Origin: an uncultured delta proteobacterium
Lineage (GTDB): Bacteria > Desulfobacterota > Desulfobaccia > Desulfobaccales > 0-14-0-80-60-11
Direction: 5' to 3'
Assembly (NCBI GenBank): GCA_963768765.1
Contig: CAVYJK010000028.1
Coordinates: 48,576-112,575, forward strand
DNA length: 64,000 nt
The notes under the pieces were generated by a model, which was not told where the DNA came from, did no database searches, and saw only the letters and a program-made list of their open reading frames with translations. Below, piece by piece: positions 37,023-45,036 of this stretch. The position numbers and the translations under genes were made by a program. Numbering within the stretch: the first letter of the stretch is position 1; every line of letters starts with the position of its first letter.

Positions 37023-37390
37023 TCAAAACGCGTCCTGGATAATCTCCACCTGGGGGCCGCCGTCGGCCAGGGTGATCGCCCACCACGTCGAAGCGCACCG
37101 GCGCAGAGTGCAGGCGTTTTTGCTTGAGGTAATAATCGGCCAACTTCCGGAGGCGGGCCTGTTTGGCGGCGGAAATCGCCTCCCGGGGGCCGCCGAACCG
37201 GTGGCTGGTCCTGGTTTTGACCTCCACGAAGACCACAAATTCGCGGTGCCGGGCGATGAGGTCGATTTCCCCCAGGGGGGTGACGTAGTTGCGCTCCAGG
37301 ATTTTATAGCCCTGCTTCTTCAAGGCCGCGGCGGCCAGGTCTTCGCCGGCGTCGCCTAACCCTCTAAGGGTTGAGGGCGCACACACGGGT
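37023..37390 (-). CDS. yraN: YraN-family (UPF0102) endonuclease; start obscured by upstream read-through, frame disruption near 37084
   Basis: The sequence GEDLAAAALKKQGYKILERNYVTPLGEIDLIARHREFVVFVEVKTR..VRFDVV continues in another frame as AITLADGGPQVEIIQDAF, ending at a stop at 37023. E. coli YraN likewise ends EWIKDAF. Confidence 0.75.
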
Positions 37391-37399
37391 GCGCCCCTA

Positions 37400-37998
37400 C
37401 GGGTTGACAATGCTGGTCTGGCTTTAAACGCAGCCAGCCAGTCATCAAATTCGTCTTTTCCTTTAGCCCGGGGATTTTCCCGGTCCAGCTCCCAGCGCTG
37501 GGGATTAGCCGCGATATATTCCCGAATGCGGTTCAAAGACTCGTCATTTCTAATCACATGTTCGTAAAAACTGCGCTGCCAGAGATTCCCCTTAAGCGGC
37601 TTCCAACTATGATTTTTCACCTCATGGATGTATTCATTCGTGGTCATGGTTTTAAACCATTGCACTATTTCCTGGAGTGGCGCATCTGCTTTTTGTAGGG
37701 GCGCACCCAGGTGTGCGCCCTTTGGCCCCTCGGTTAATTTTAAAACGATTCCATGAAAATGATTGGGCATGACAACATGAGAGGAGTCTATCTTGGTTGA
37801 GGGGAATTTACTCTCCAACTTTCGCCACCATTTCTCCACCATTTTGCCGGCATCATTTAATTGCAGAATCCCCTCAGCAACCTTCCCCAATAAACATTCT
37901 CGTTTCTGAATGCAAACTGTGACAAAATAGGCACCTTCCAGAGAATAGTCGTAGCCTGGCAAACGGGGAGACTTACGCTTCCATGGAAAAAGAAACAT
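37400..37998 (-). mobile_element. REP-associated tyrosine transposase (RAYT, IS200-like Y1 HUH transposase) gene; no stop codon before yraN
   Basis: The N-terminal ~195 aa of ORF 36967..37998 carry PRLPGYDYSLEGAYFVTVC, the HUH motif MPNHFHGIV and the Tyr motif QRSFYEHVIRNDESLNRIREYIAANP. REP hairpins lie inside it (37691-37723), at its 3' end (37373-37403) and just upstream (38048-38107). Its GC is lower than the flanks. Confidence 0.8.
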
Positions 37999-38047
37999 AG
38001 CTGTCAGCCTTTATAATAGCAGTTTCCAGCCAAAAGGCTTCTGTACC

Positions 38048-38107
38048 GGCGCCCATACCTGTGCACCCCACTGGGGCGGACACATGGGTCCGCCCCTACA
38101 AAAAAAT
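38048..38107. repeat. Double REP unit upstream of the RAYT gene
   Basis: The sequence is ggcgcccatacctgtgcacccc actGGGGCGGACACATGGGTCCGCCCCTACAaaaaaa. Confidence 0.8.
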
Positions 38108-38148
38108 CCCATTTGCATGTAACTTGCTAAAGATGCTGCATATGTAAA

Positions 38149-38703
38149 TCATTTTGGTTCCCCCAGCCACTCCTTCACCCCTTTGAAGGTGCGGCGGTGG
38201 AGGTCGCAGGGACCCCAGCAGCGCAACGCCTCCAGGTGCTCGGCGGTGGCGTACCCCTTGTGGCGGGCGAAATTGTACTGGGGATAGCGGCGGTGGCAGG
38301 CCTCCATCAGAGAGTCCCGATACACCTTGGCCAGGACGGAGGCCGCGGAAATAGAAGGACAGAGGTCGTCGCCCTTGACTACGGGTTGCTGGGGGTAGGC
38401 CAGGGGCAGGGGCTGGTGGCCGTCCACCAGGATCATCTCCGGAATTACCGGCAGGGCCCGGATGGCCAGGGCCATGGCCTTGAGGCAGGCGCCCAGGATC
38501 CCCAGGCGCTCGATCTGGCGGGGACCCAGCCCCCGAATGGCAAAGGCCAGGGCCTGGGACCGGATCTGCTCATCCAGGGAAGCGCGGGCCTCGGGGGTGA
38601 GGCGCTTGGAGTCCCGGAGCCCGGGAAATTGGGCGCCTACCGGGAGGATCACCGCCGCGGCCACCACCGGGCCGGCCAGGGGGCCACGGCCCACCTCGTC
38701 CAC
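38149..38703 (-). CDS. rnhB: Ribonuclease HII (true start probably upstream, near 38780)
   Basis: It has DEVGRGPLAGPVVAAAVIL, DSKRLTPE and SIAAASVLAKV. Conserved-looking residues ([19 protein letters not shown]) continue upstream of the track GTG start in the same frame, but with no obvious start codon. Confidence 0.85.
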   Translation of the reverse strand: MDEVGRGPLAGPVVAAAVILPVGAQFPGLRDSKRLTPEARASLDEQIRSQALAFAIRGLGPRQIERLGILGACLKAMALAIRALPVIPEMILVDGHQPLPLAYPQQPVVKGDDLCPSISAASVLAKVYRDSLMEACHRRYPQYNFARHKGYATAEHLEALRCWGPCDLHRRTFKGVKEWLGEPK

Positions 38704-38749
38704 CCCGGCGATGAGCTTTATTCCCTGAAAACGCCAGAAAGCCTCCGGG

Positions 38750-39139
38750 TCAGCAAAGACGTCGATGCTGCCCGGAGGACGGCGTCATACGGCTGGGGGT
38801 CCGCTTTTCCTTAATCCGGGCCGCCTTGCCGGAGCGCTGCCTGAGGTAGTAGAGGCGGCTGCGCCGCACCCGGCCCCGGGTGAGAATCACCACCCGCTCG
38901 ATGTTGGGGGAGTGCTGGGGAAAGATGCGCTCCACCCCCACGCCATACGAGACCTTGCGCACCGTGAAGGTGGCGCCGGTGAGGCCGCCCCGTCTCCGGA
39001 TGACCACCCCTTTGAACACCTGGATGCGTTCCTTGTCGCCTTCCACGATGCGTACGTAAACTTCCACGGTATCCCCGGGGCGAAAGTCGGGCAAATCCGC
39101 CCGCATCTGCTCCCGGGCCAGTTGATCTACGCGTTCCAT
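38750..39139 (-). CDS. rplS: 50S ribosomal protein L19 (C-terminal ~14 aa tail doubtful)
   Basis: It has [29 protein letters not shown] and [10 protein letters not shown]. The extra tail [16 protein letters not shown] beyond the usual L19 end may reflect an indel. Confidence 0.9.
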   Translation of the reverse strand: MERVDQLAREQMRADLPDFRPGDTVEVYVRIVEGDKERIQVFKGVVIRRRGGLTGATFTVRKVSYGVGVERIFPQHSPNIERVVILTRGRVRRSRLYYLRQRSGKAARIKEKRTPSRMTPSSGQHRRLC

Positions 39140-39145
39140 AATCCC

Positions 39146-39886
39146 TCACTTATCATCAGGCGGGGTCTCCGCCAGTGATCTCAAAAACTCCCGGTCCTCT
39201 TGGCTGAGGACCGTTTTGGCCAGCAGGTCGGGCCGGTGCTCCAAGGTCCGGCGTAAAGCCTCCTGCCGGCGCCACCGGGCGATGCGGCCATGGTCGCCCT
39301 CCAGCAGCACCGGCGGCACCTCATGGCCCTCGAAGACCCGGGGCCGGGTGTACTGGGGGTACTCCAGGAGCCCGGTCTGGAAAGACTCCTCCACGGTGGC
39401 CCCTTCGCCGCCCAGCACTCCGGGCAGCAGGCGGGTCACCGCGTCCGCCACCACCAGGGCGGGAATCTCCCCCCCGGTCAAGATATAATCGCCGATGGAG
39501 AGCATTCCGTCAATATAATATCGAATGCGGTCATCCACCCCTTCGTAATGGCCGCAGATCAGAAGCAGGTGCGACCGCTCAGCCAGCTCCCGGGCCCGGT
39601 CCTGGTCAAAGACCCGGCCGGCGGGGCTCAGCAGGATGACCCGGGTGGCCGGGTCCTCCAGGCGCACGGCCCGGATGGCCTTAACCAGGGGCTCGATTTT
39701 CATGACCATGCCGGGGCCGCCGCCGAAGGGGCGGTCATCGGCCACCAGGTGGCGGTCCTCGGCGTAGTCCCGGAGGTTCAGGACGCGGAAGCTCACCGCC
39801 CCCTGGTCCTGGGCCCGTTTTAGCATGCTCTGGCTTAAAGGCGACCCGAAGAACTCCGGAAAGAGCGTCAGGAAATCAATCTGCAT
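39146..39886 (-). CDS. trmD: tRNA (guanine37-N1)-methyltransferase
   Basis: It begins [13 protein letters not shown] and has DDRPFGGGPGMVM. The likely ATG is at 39886; the track ORF extends to 39925. Confidence 0.95.
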   Translation of the reverse strand: MQIDFLTLFPEFFGSPLSQSMLKRAQDQGAVSFRVLNLRDYAEDRHLVADDRPFGGGPGMVMKIEPLVKAIRAVRLEDPATRVILLSPAGRVFDQDRARELAERSHLLLICGHYEGVDDRIRYYIDGMLSIGDYILTGGEIPALVVADAVTRLLPGVLGGEGATVEESFQTGLLEYPQYTRPRVFEGHEVPPVLLEGDHGRIARWRRQEALRRTLEHRPDLLAKTVLSQEDREFLRSLAETPPDDK

Positions 39887-40418
39887 AGGTTTCCAGCAAG
39901 CCCTCGGGCGGGGAAACCCTGACAAAGCCCTCTTGAAGATTGATCTCCAGCACCACTTCTTCCACGGCGGGCAGCAATACCTCCCGCCGGTTAAGCCGCA
40001 CTACATAGACATCATGGGCCGGCGTGGGGATTACTTCTGCCAAATACCCCAGCAGGGCCCCGTCTGCGGCTTGATAAACCGGCAGGCCCAACACCTGGAA
40101 CCAGTAGTATTCTCCCGGCGGCAGCTGGGGGAAACGCCGGCGGTCCCCCTTAACCGCCTGCCCGGCCAGCTGCTCCGCCTGTTCCCGGGTGTCGATACCT
40201 TGGAGGTAGAGCAGGATCTGGTTCTTGAACTTCTCTGCCTTCAGCACCTGATAGTCTTGGCCGCCGATGGTGACCTCTCCCAAAGCGGCAAAGACCTCCG
40301 GGTCAGTGGTGGCGGCCTCGGCATCGGCGCGCACCTTCAGGGCGCCCCGGATACCGTGGGCGCCCGAAACCTGTCCCAGGCCAATCAAATGGGGTGGGGA
40401 TCCGTGCTCCCTACTCAA
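39876..40418 (-). CDS. rimM: 16S rRNA processing protein RimM
   Basis: 180 aa with [18 protein letters not shown] and a PRC-barrel C-terminus. It sits in the conserved position between the KH protein gene and trmD. Confidence 0.9.
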   Translation of the reverse strand: MSREHGSPPHLIGLGQVSGAHGIRGALKVRADAEAATTDPEVFAALGEVTIGGQDYQVLKAEKFKNQILLYLQGIDTREQAEQLAGQAVKGDRRRFPQLPPGEYYWFQVLGLPVYQAADGALLGYLAEVIPTPAHDVYVVRLNRREVLLPAVEEVVLEINLQEGFVRVSPPEGLLETYAD

Positions 40419-40650
40419 TGATCTCCAAAACCGCCCTTTTACGAATCTTGGTGGAGGCGGCGCTGAGAATGGTGCGCATGGCCCGGGCGGTACGCCCTTG
40501 CTTGCCGATCACCTTCCCCAGATCTTCTTTGGCCACCTTCAGTTCAATGACCGAGGTCTGCTCCCCTTCGATTTCGTTGACCTGCACCTGTTCAGGGTTA
40601 TCTACCAGTGCCTGCGCGATGAACTTCACCAATTCCTTCATTGTAGCCAC
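40411..40650 (-). CDS. KH-domain RNA-binding protein (YlqC/UPF0109)
   Basis: 79 aa with [24 protein letters not shown], located between rpsP and rimM. Confidence 0.85.
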   Translation of the reverse strand: MATMKELVKFIAQALVDNPEQVQVNEIEGEQTSVIELKVAKEDLGKVIGKQGRTARAMRTILSAASTKIRKRAVLEIIE

Positions 40651-40700
40651 CTCTGTCAGGGGATGGGGCGATCAACCTCCCCCTGGGCCGGTGCGCCTGG

Positions 40701-40958
40701 TTACTGGGCGGCCGCAGCTGTCGCGGCTTGCCGCTTCAGGAGACTGGCCACGGTGTCGGTGGGGGTGGCGCCGCGGCTCAGCCAGAGCGACAGCAGCTCC
40801 TCCTTCACCATAACCGCGGCCGGTTCCTGGCGCGGATCGTAGGTTCCGATGATTTCCAGGAATCTTCCGTCCCGGGGAGACTCACTGTTGCTCACCACGA
40901 TGCGATAAAACGGGCGCTTCTTGGCGCCATAACGGGCCAGCCGGATTCGTAAGGCCAT
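40701..40958 (-). CDS. rpsP: 30S ribosomal protein S16
   Basis: 85 aa beginning [22 protein letters not shown]. Confidence 0.95.
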   Translation of the reverse strand: MALRIRLARYGAKKRPFYRIVVSNSESPRDGRFLEIIGTYDPRQEPAAVMVKEELLSLWLSRGATPTDTVASLLKRQAATAAAAQ

Positions 40959-40990
40959 GAGCGCTGCTTATTCCTCCTTAGGTTTGGTTT

Positions 40991-41178
40991 GTGGGGGGAG
41001 GGCCAGGGATTTCATCCCTGCCCTCCCCCCACGCCCCCCTCCCAACCCGCTTAACGGGGCTGGGAAGGCTGGGCCTGCGGCCCAGACTTCCCATGCCCTA
41101 AACCATAAGGGATTGGGGGTGGGGGTTTGGGGGAGGGATTGTAAGTGGCCGTGGGCCCTTAGCCCCCTCCTCCAAAAA
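40991..41178. repeat. Family B hairpin element (40991-41050) plus family B2 G-rich element (41110-41178)
   Basis: The first element is GTGGGGGGAGGGCCAGGGAtttcaTCCCTGCCCTCCCCCCAC followed by gcccccctcccaacccgc. The second is gggattgggggtgggggtttgggggagggattgtaagtggccgtgggcccttagccccctcctccaaaaa, near-identical in layout to 30951-31020. Confidence 0.8.
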
Positions 41179-41182
41179 TCTT

Positions 41183-42517
41183 TTAAAAAAACTTCATGGG
41201 GAACGCGCCTCTCCCCTTTTTGCCTCCCTGGGTCACCTGTTTGATCATCTTCTGGGTCATGGCGAAGTTCTTCAGCAGGCGGTTGACGTCCTGCACCGTG
41301 GTGCCGCTCCCTTGGGCGATGCGCCGCCGGCGGCTGCCATTGATGATCTGGTGCTCGGCCCGCTCCTCGGGGGTCATGGAATTGATGATGGCCTCCACCC
41401 TTTTGAGCTCCCGGTCATCCGGTTTCAAATCTTTCAAGGCCTTGGCCTGGCCCAACCCCGGAATCATGCTGAGCAACTGGTCCACGGAGCCCATCTTTTT
41501 AAGCTGGCGCAACTGGTCCCGGAAGTCGTTTAGGGTGAAGGCCTCCTGGCGCAGCTTCTTTTCCAGGGCCTGGACCTGCTCGGCGTCAAAGGCCTCCTGG
41601 GCCTTTTCGATGAGGGTGAGGACGTCCCCCATGCCCAGGATGCGGGAGGCCAGGCGGTCCGGGTGAAAGACTTCCAGGGCGTCCAGCTTTTCGCCCACCC
41701 CCAGGAACTTGATGGGCCGGCCGATGACTTCCCGCATGGAAAGGGCGGCGCCGCCCCGGGCGTCGCCTTCGATCTTGGTGAGGATCACCCCGGTGAGGGT
41801 CAGGAGGTCGTGGAACCTCTGGCCCACCTGCACCGCGTCCTGCCCGGTCATGGCGTCGGCCACCAGGAGGATTTCGCGGGGGGCGGTCTTCTCCCTGATG
41901 GCCTTGAGCTCCGCCATCAAGGGGGCGTCGATGTGCAGCCGCCCGGCGGTATCCAGGATCACCGTGTCGTAGCCCGCGGTGTAAGCCGCTTCCATGGCCG
42001 CGGCGGCGATGGCCACCGGGTTCTCTCCCGGCTCCGTGGGGTGGACGGCCACGCCGGTCTCGGCGCCCAGGCGTTTGAGCTGCTCGATGGCCGCCGGCCG
42101 CTGCACGTCGGCGGGCACCAGATACGGCTGGCGCCCCTGGCTCTTGAGGCGCCGGGCCAATTTCCCCGCGGTGGTGGTCTTACCGGAGCCCTGCAACCCA
42201 ACCAGCATGAGGGCCACCGGCGGGCGGCCCGCGAGGTCCAGGCGGGGCGACTCGCCGCCCAGGAGCCCGGTGAGCTCCTCGTGGACAATCTTCACCACCT
42301 GCTGGGCCGGGGTCAGGGACCGCATCACTTCTTCCCCCACCGCCCGTTCCCGGATGCGGTCGATGAAGGCCTTGGTGACCTTGTAGTTGACGTCGGCCTC
42401 CAGGAGGGCCAGGCGCACCTCGCGCAGGGCCTCGTTGACGTCGGCCTCGGTGAGTTTGCCCCGGCCCCTCAGCTTCTTGAAGACCGCGGCCAGCTTGTCG
42501 GATAAGCGATCAAACAT
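41183..42517 (-). CDS. ffh: Signal recognition particle protein Ffh (SRP54)
   Basis: 444 aa with GLQGSGKTTTAGKLA, DTAGRL and an M-domain with a Met-rich region. Confidence 0.95.
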   Translation of the reverse strand: MFDRLSDKLAAVFKKLRGRGKLTEADVNEALREVRLALLEADVNYKVTKAFIDRIRERAVGEEVMRSLTPAQQVVKIVHEELTGLLGGESPRLDLAGRPPVALMLVGLQGSGKTTTAGKLARRLKSQGRQPYLVPADVQRPAAIEQLKRLGAETGVAVHPTEPGENPVAIAAAAMEAAYTAGYDTVILDTAGRLHIDAPLMAELKAIREKTAPREILLVADAMTGQDAVQVGQRFHDLLTLTGVILTKIEGDARGGAALSMREVIGRPIKFLGVGEKLDALEVFHPDRLASRILGMGDVLTLIEKAQEAFDAEQVQALEKKLRQEAFTLNDFRDQLRQLKKMGSVDQLLSMIPGLGQAKALKDLKPDDRELKRVEAIINSMTPEERAEHQIINGSRRRRIAQGSGTTVQDVNRLLKNFAMTQKMIKQVTQGGKKGRGAFPMKFF

Positions 42518-42524
42518 TTAAATA

Positions 42525-42871
42525 CCGTTTTGGGTTTTTCGTTTTTGGTTTTTCTCCCCCCTTTTCTAAAGGGGGGTCGGGGGGGATTAAAATAAGCTAT
42601 CGATAATCCCCCTAAATCCCCCTTTAAAAAAGGGGGACTTTTCTTTTCTCGTTCCCAGGCTCCTGCCGGGGAACGGACACTTCCGGCGAACCTCCGGTTC
42701 GTCGTCCCAGATTAATAATATCGCGGATATCGCCATTCTTGCCAAGCGGAGCCTGGCTTCCAATCCCCGTTCCCCAGCAGGAGCCTGGGGACGATGTTAA
42801 AACCTACTATTGTAGGGGCGCACCTGCGTGTGCGCCCTCATCAGGGCGGACACATGGGTCCGCCCCTACGG
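42525..42871. repeat. Intergenic region composed almost entirely of stacked repeats from five families
   Basis: In order: a GTTTTTG/GTTTTCG tandem (42525-42554), a family A element (42555-42642), family E hairpins (42648-42676 and 42765-42796), and a double REP (42809-42871, TGTAGGGGCGCACCTGCGTGTGCGCCCTcatcaGGGCGGACACATGGGTCCGCCCCTAC). Confidence 0.85.
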
Positions 42872-42933
42872 AAAATACTTCTCGCCCCAACCTGATAAAT
42901 GGTCCATCATTCATTTTCTAAGGCCCACAAAAC

Positions 42934-44402
42934 CTATCCTTTAATCACGCCCAGGGGCTTCAACTTGGCCACCTTGCGGGCGATGCCGGCGCCGTGGACC
43001 ACGTCCACCACGTTGGCCACGTCCTTGTAAGCCTCGGAAATCTCTTCGTCAATGGTGGCCCGGCCGGCGCCCCGGACGATGATGCCTTGCGCCGCCAGCT
43101 CCTGGACGATGGACCGCCCCTTGGCCATCTTCAGGGCCGCGTGCCGGGACATCCTGCGCCCCGCCCCGTGGCAGGTGCTGCCGAAGGTTTCCGTAAGGGC
43201 CTTCTGGGTGCCCTACCAGGACGAAGGAATACCGGCCCATGTCCCCGGGGATGAGCACCGGCTGGCCCGTCTCCCGGTAGGCCTCCGGCACCTCGGGGTG
43301 ATGCGGCGGAAAGGCCCGGGTGGCCCCTTTGCGGTGGATGCAAACCTTCATTTTCTTGCCGTCCACCTCGTGGGTCTCGATCTTGGCGATGTTGTGGGCC
43401 ACGTCGTAAACCAGCTCCATCCCCAGGTCCCGGGGCCCCATCTGCAACACCTGTTCGAAGGACTCCCTTACCCAGTGGGTGATCATCTGCCGGTTGGCAA
43501 AGGCGAAGTTGGCCGCGCCCGACATGGCCGCCAGGTACTGCTTGCCCTCCGGTGAAGTCAGCGGAGCGCAGCACAGCTGCCGGTCCGGCAGCTCGATGCC
43601 GTATTTGGCGCTGGCCCTGAGCATCACCTTGATGTAGTCCTCGCATACCTGGTGGCCCAGCCCCCGGGAGCCGGTGTGGACGATAACCGTCGCCTGATCC
43701 TTAAAGAGCCCCAATTGCCGGGCCGTGGTCTCATCATAGATTTCCTGGACATAACCCACTTCCGTGAAGTGGTTGCCGGAGCCCAGGGTGCCCAGCTGGT
43801 CCTTGCCCCGGTCCAGGGCGAACTGCGACACCATGTCGGGGTCGGCGCCCTCGATGCGGCCCCCGGCCTCTATGTGGTCGAGATCCGCGGCTGGACCCAA
43901 AGCCTTCTTGCACCGCCCAGCGGCAGCCGTCCTTCAGGACCTTCTTCAGGTTGGCGGCCGTGAGCTTCAGGTCTTTGCGCCGGGAGCCCACCCCGGAGGG
44001 AATGTTGCTGAACAGGATGTTCACCAATTCTTCCATCCGGGGCTGCACCTGGTCCCGGTGCAACTTGGTGCGCAGCAAGCGCACCCCGCAATTGATGTCG
44101 TAGCCCACGCCGCCGGGAGAGATGATCCCTTCGTCCAGGTTGAAAGCCGCCACCCCGCCGATGGCGAAGCCGTAGCCCCAATGAATGTCGGGCATGGCCA
44201 GGGAGGGGCCCACGATGCCCGGCAGCATCGCCACGTTGGCCACCTGCTGCAGGCTCTGATCTTCCTGAATATCCGGGAGCAACTCCTGGGAGCAAAAGAT
44301 GAGGCCCCGGGTGCGCATCTTGCCCTCCCGGGGGATCTCCCAGCGGTACTCGTCGATCTGCCGCAGCTTTACCGGGCTTGCCATAATTTTGAGAGGAGCC
44401 AA
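42934..44402 (-). CDS. rtcB: RNA-splicing/repair ligase RtcB; frame broken twice (approx 43895 and 43215)
   Basis: Three overlapping minus-strand ORFs concatenate into one protein. The joins read ..MPDIHWGYGFAIGGV..GYDINCGVR..AVQEGFG|AADLDHIEAGG..GSGNHFTEV..HTGSRGLGHQV..RYSFVLVG|TQKALTETFGSTCHGAGRRMSR..PLGVIKG. Confidence 0.9.
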
Positions 44403-44487
44403 GCTTCGATATCTTCAGCTGACCCATTGCCCGAGGGGCGAACCGTCGTAGGGGTCTACTGTGCCCGGCTTTTTCTCCGAGTCATCC

Positions 44488-44934
44488 TTACAGATCCAAA
44501 ATCACCGTGGCCCGCCAGCCGCCACCTTCCCGGACGATCTGTAGCTGGTGATAAGTGGCTGCTTTTACGGCGGTTTTCTCCGGATGCCGGGTGGGGTCGA
44601 AGACTTCCCCCCGAACCCTGGCCCGAAGGCGCCGGTTGGTTAACAGTTCCACCCGGAATTGGCGCCCCAGAAAACCGTCCACATCAAAAAGATAAAGCAG
44701 GTGGTTGAGCCAGTCAACCAGCAGGGCCTCCCGGTCCACCGATTCCAGGGAAATTTCCCGGGTTTCGCTTAGCTTTAAACTGCGGCGGTCCGTCAGGGTG
44801 GAGACCAGGGCCGCAGCCGCATTTTCAAAGAGCTCCGGGAGGCTCTCCCCCCAGATGCGCCAGCCCAGGTCGGCGGTGTGCGGCAACTGCCGGTACTTGG
44901 GGCGCCGGCCCCGGGGGGGGACGTCCGGGTTCAT
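44488..44934 (-). CDS. Archease (RtcB activator)
   Basis: It has YRQLPHTADLGWRIWGESLPELFENAA and KAATYHQLQI. The likely ATG is at 44934, immediately upstream of rtcB. Confidence 0.85.
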   Translation of the reverse strand: MNPDVPPRGRRPKYRQLPHTADLGWRIWGESLPELFENAAAALVSTLTDRRSLKLSETREISLESVDREALLVDWLNHLLYLFDVDGFLGRQFRVELLTNRRLRARVRGEVFDPTRHPEKTAVKAATYHQLQIVREGGGWRATVILDL

Positions 44935-45036
44935 GCCGGAGGTTTCCTCAAAAAGTTTAATCTTACAGCTAGATTTATATCTTGCAAACAATACCTCTCC
45001 GGGGTTAGTCAATGGCCCCAGTCTTTGGCGCAGGCA

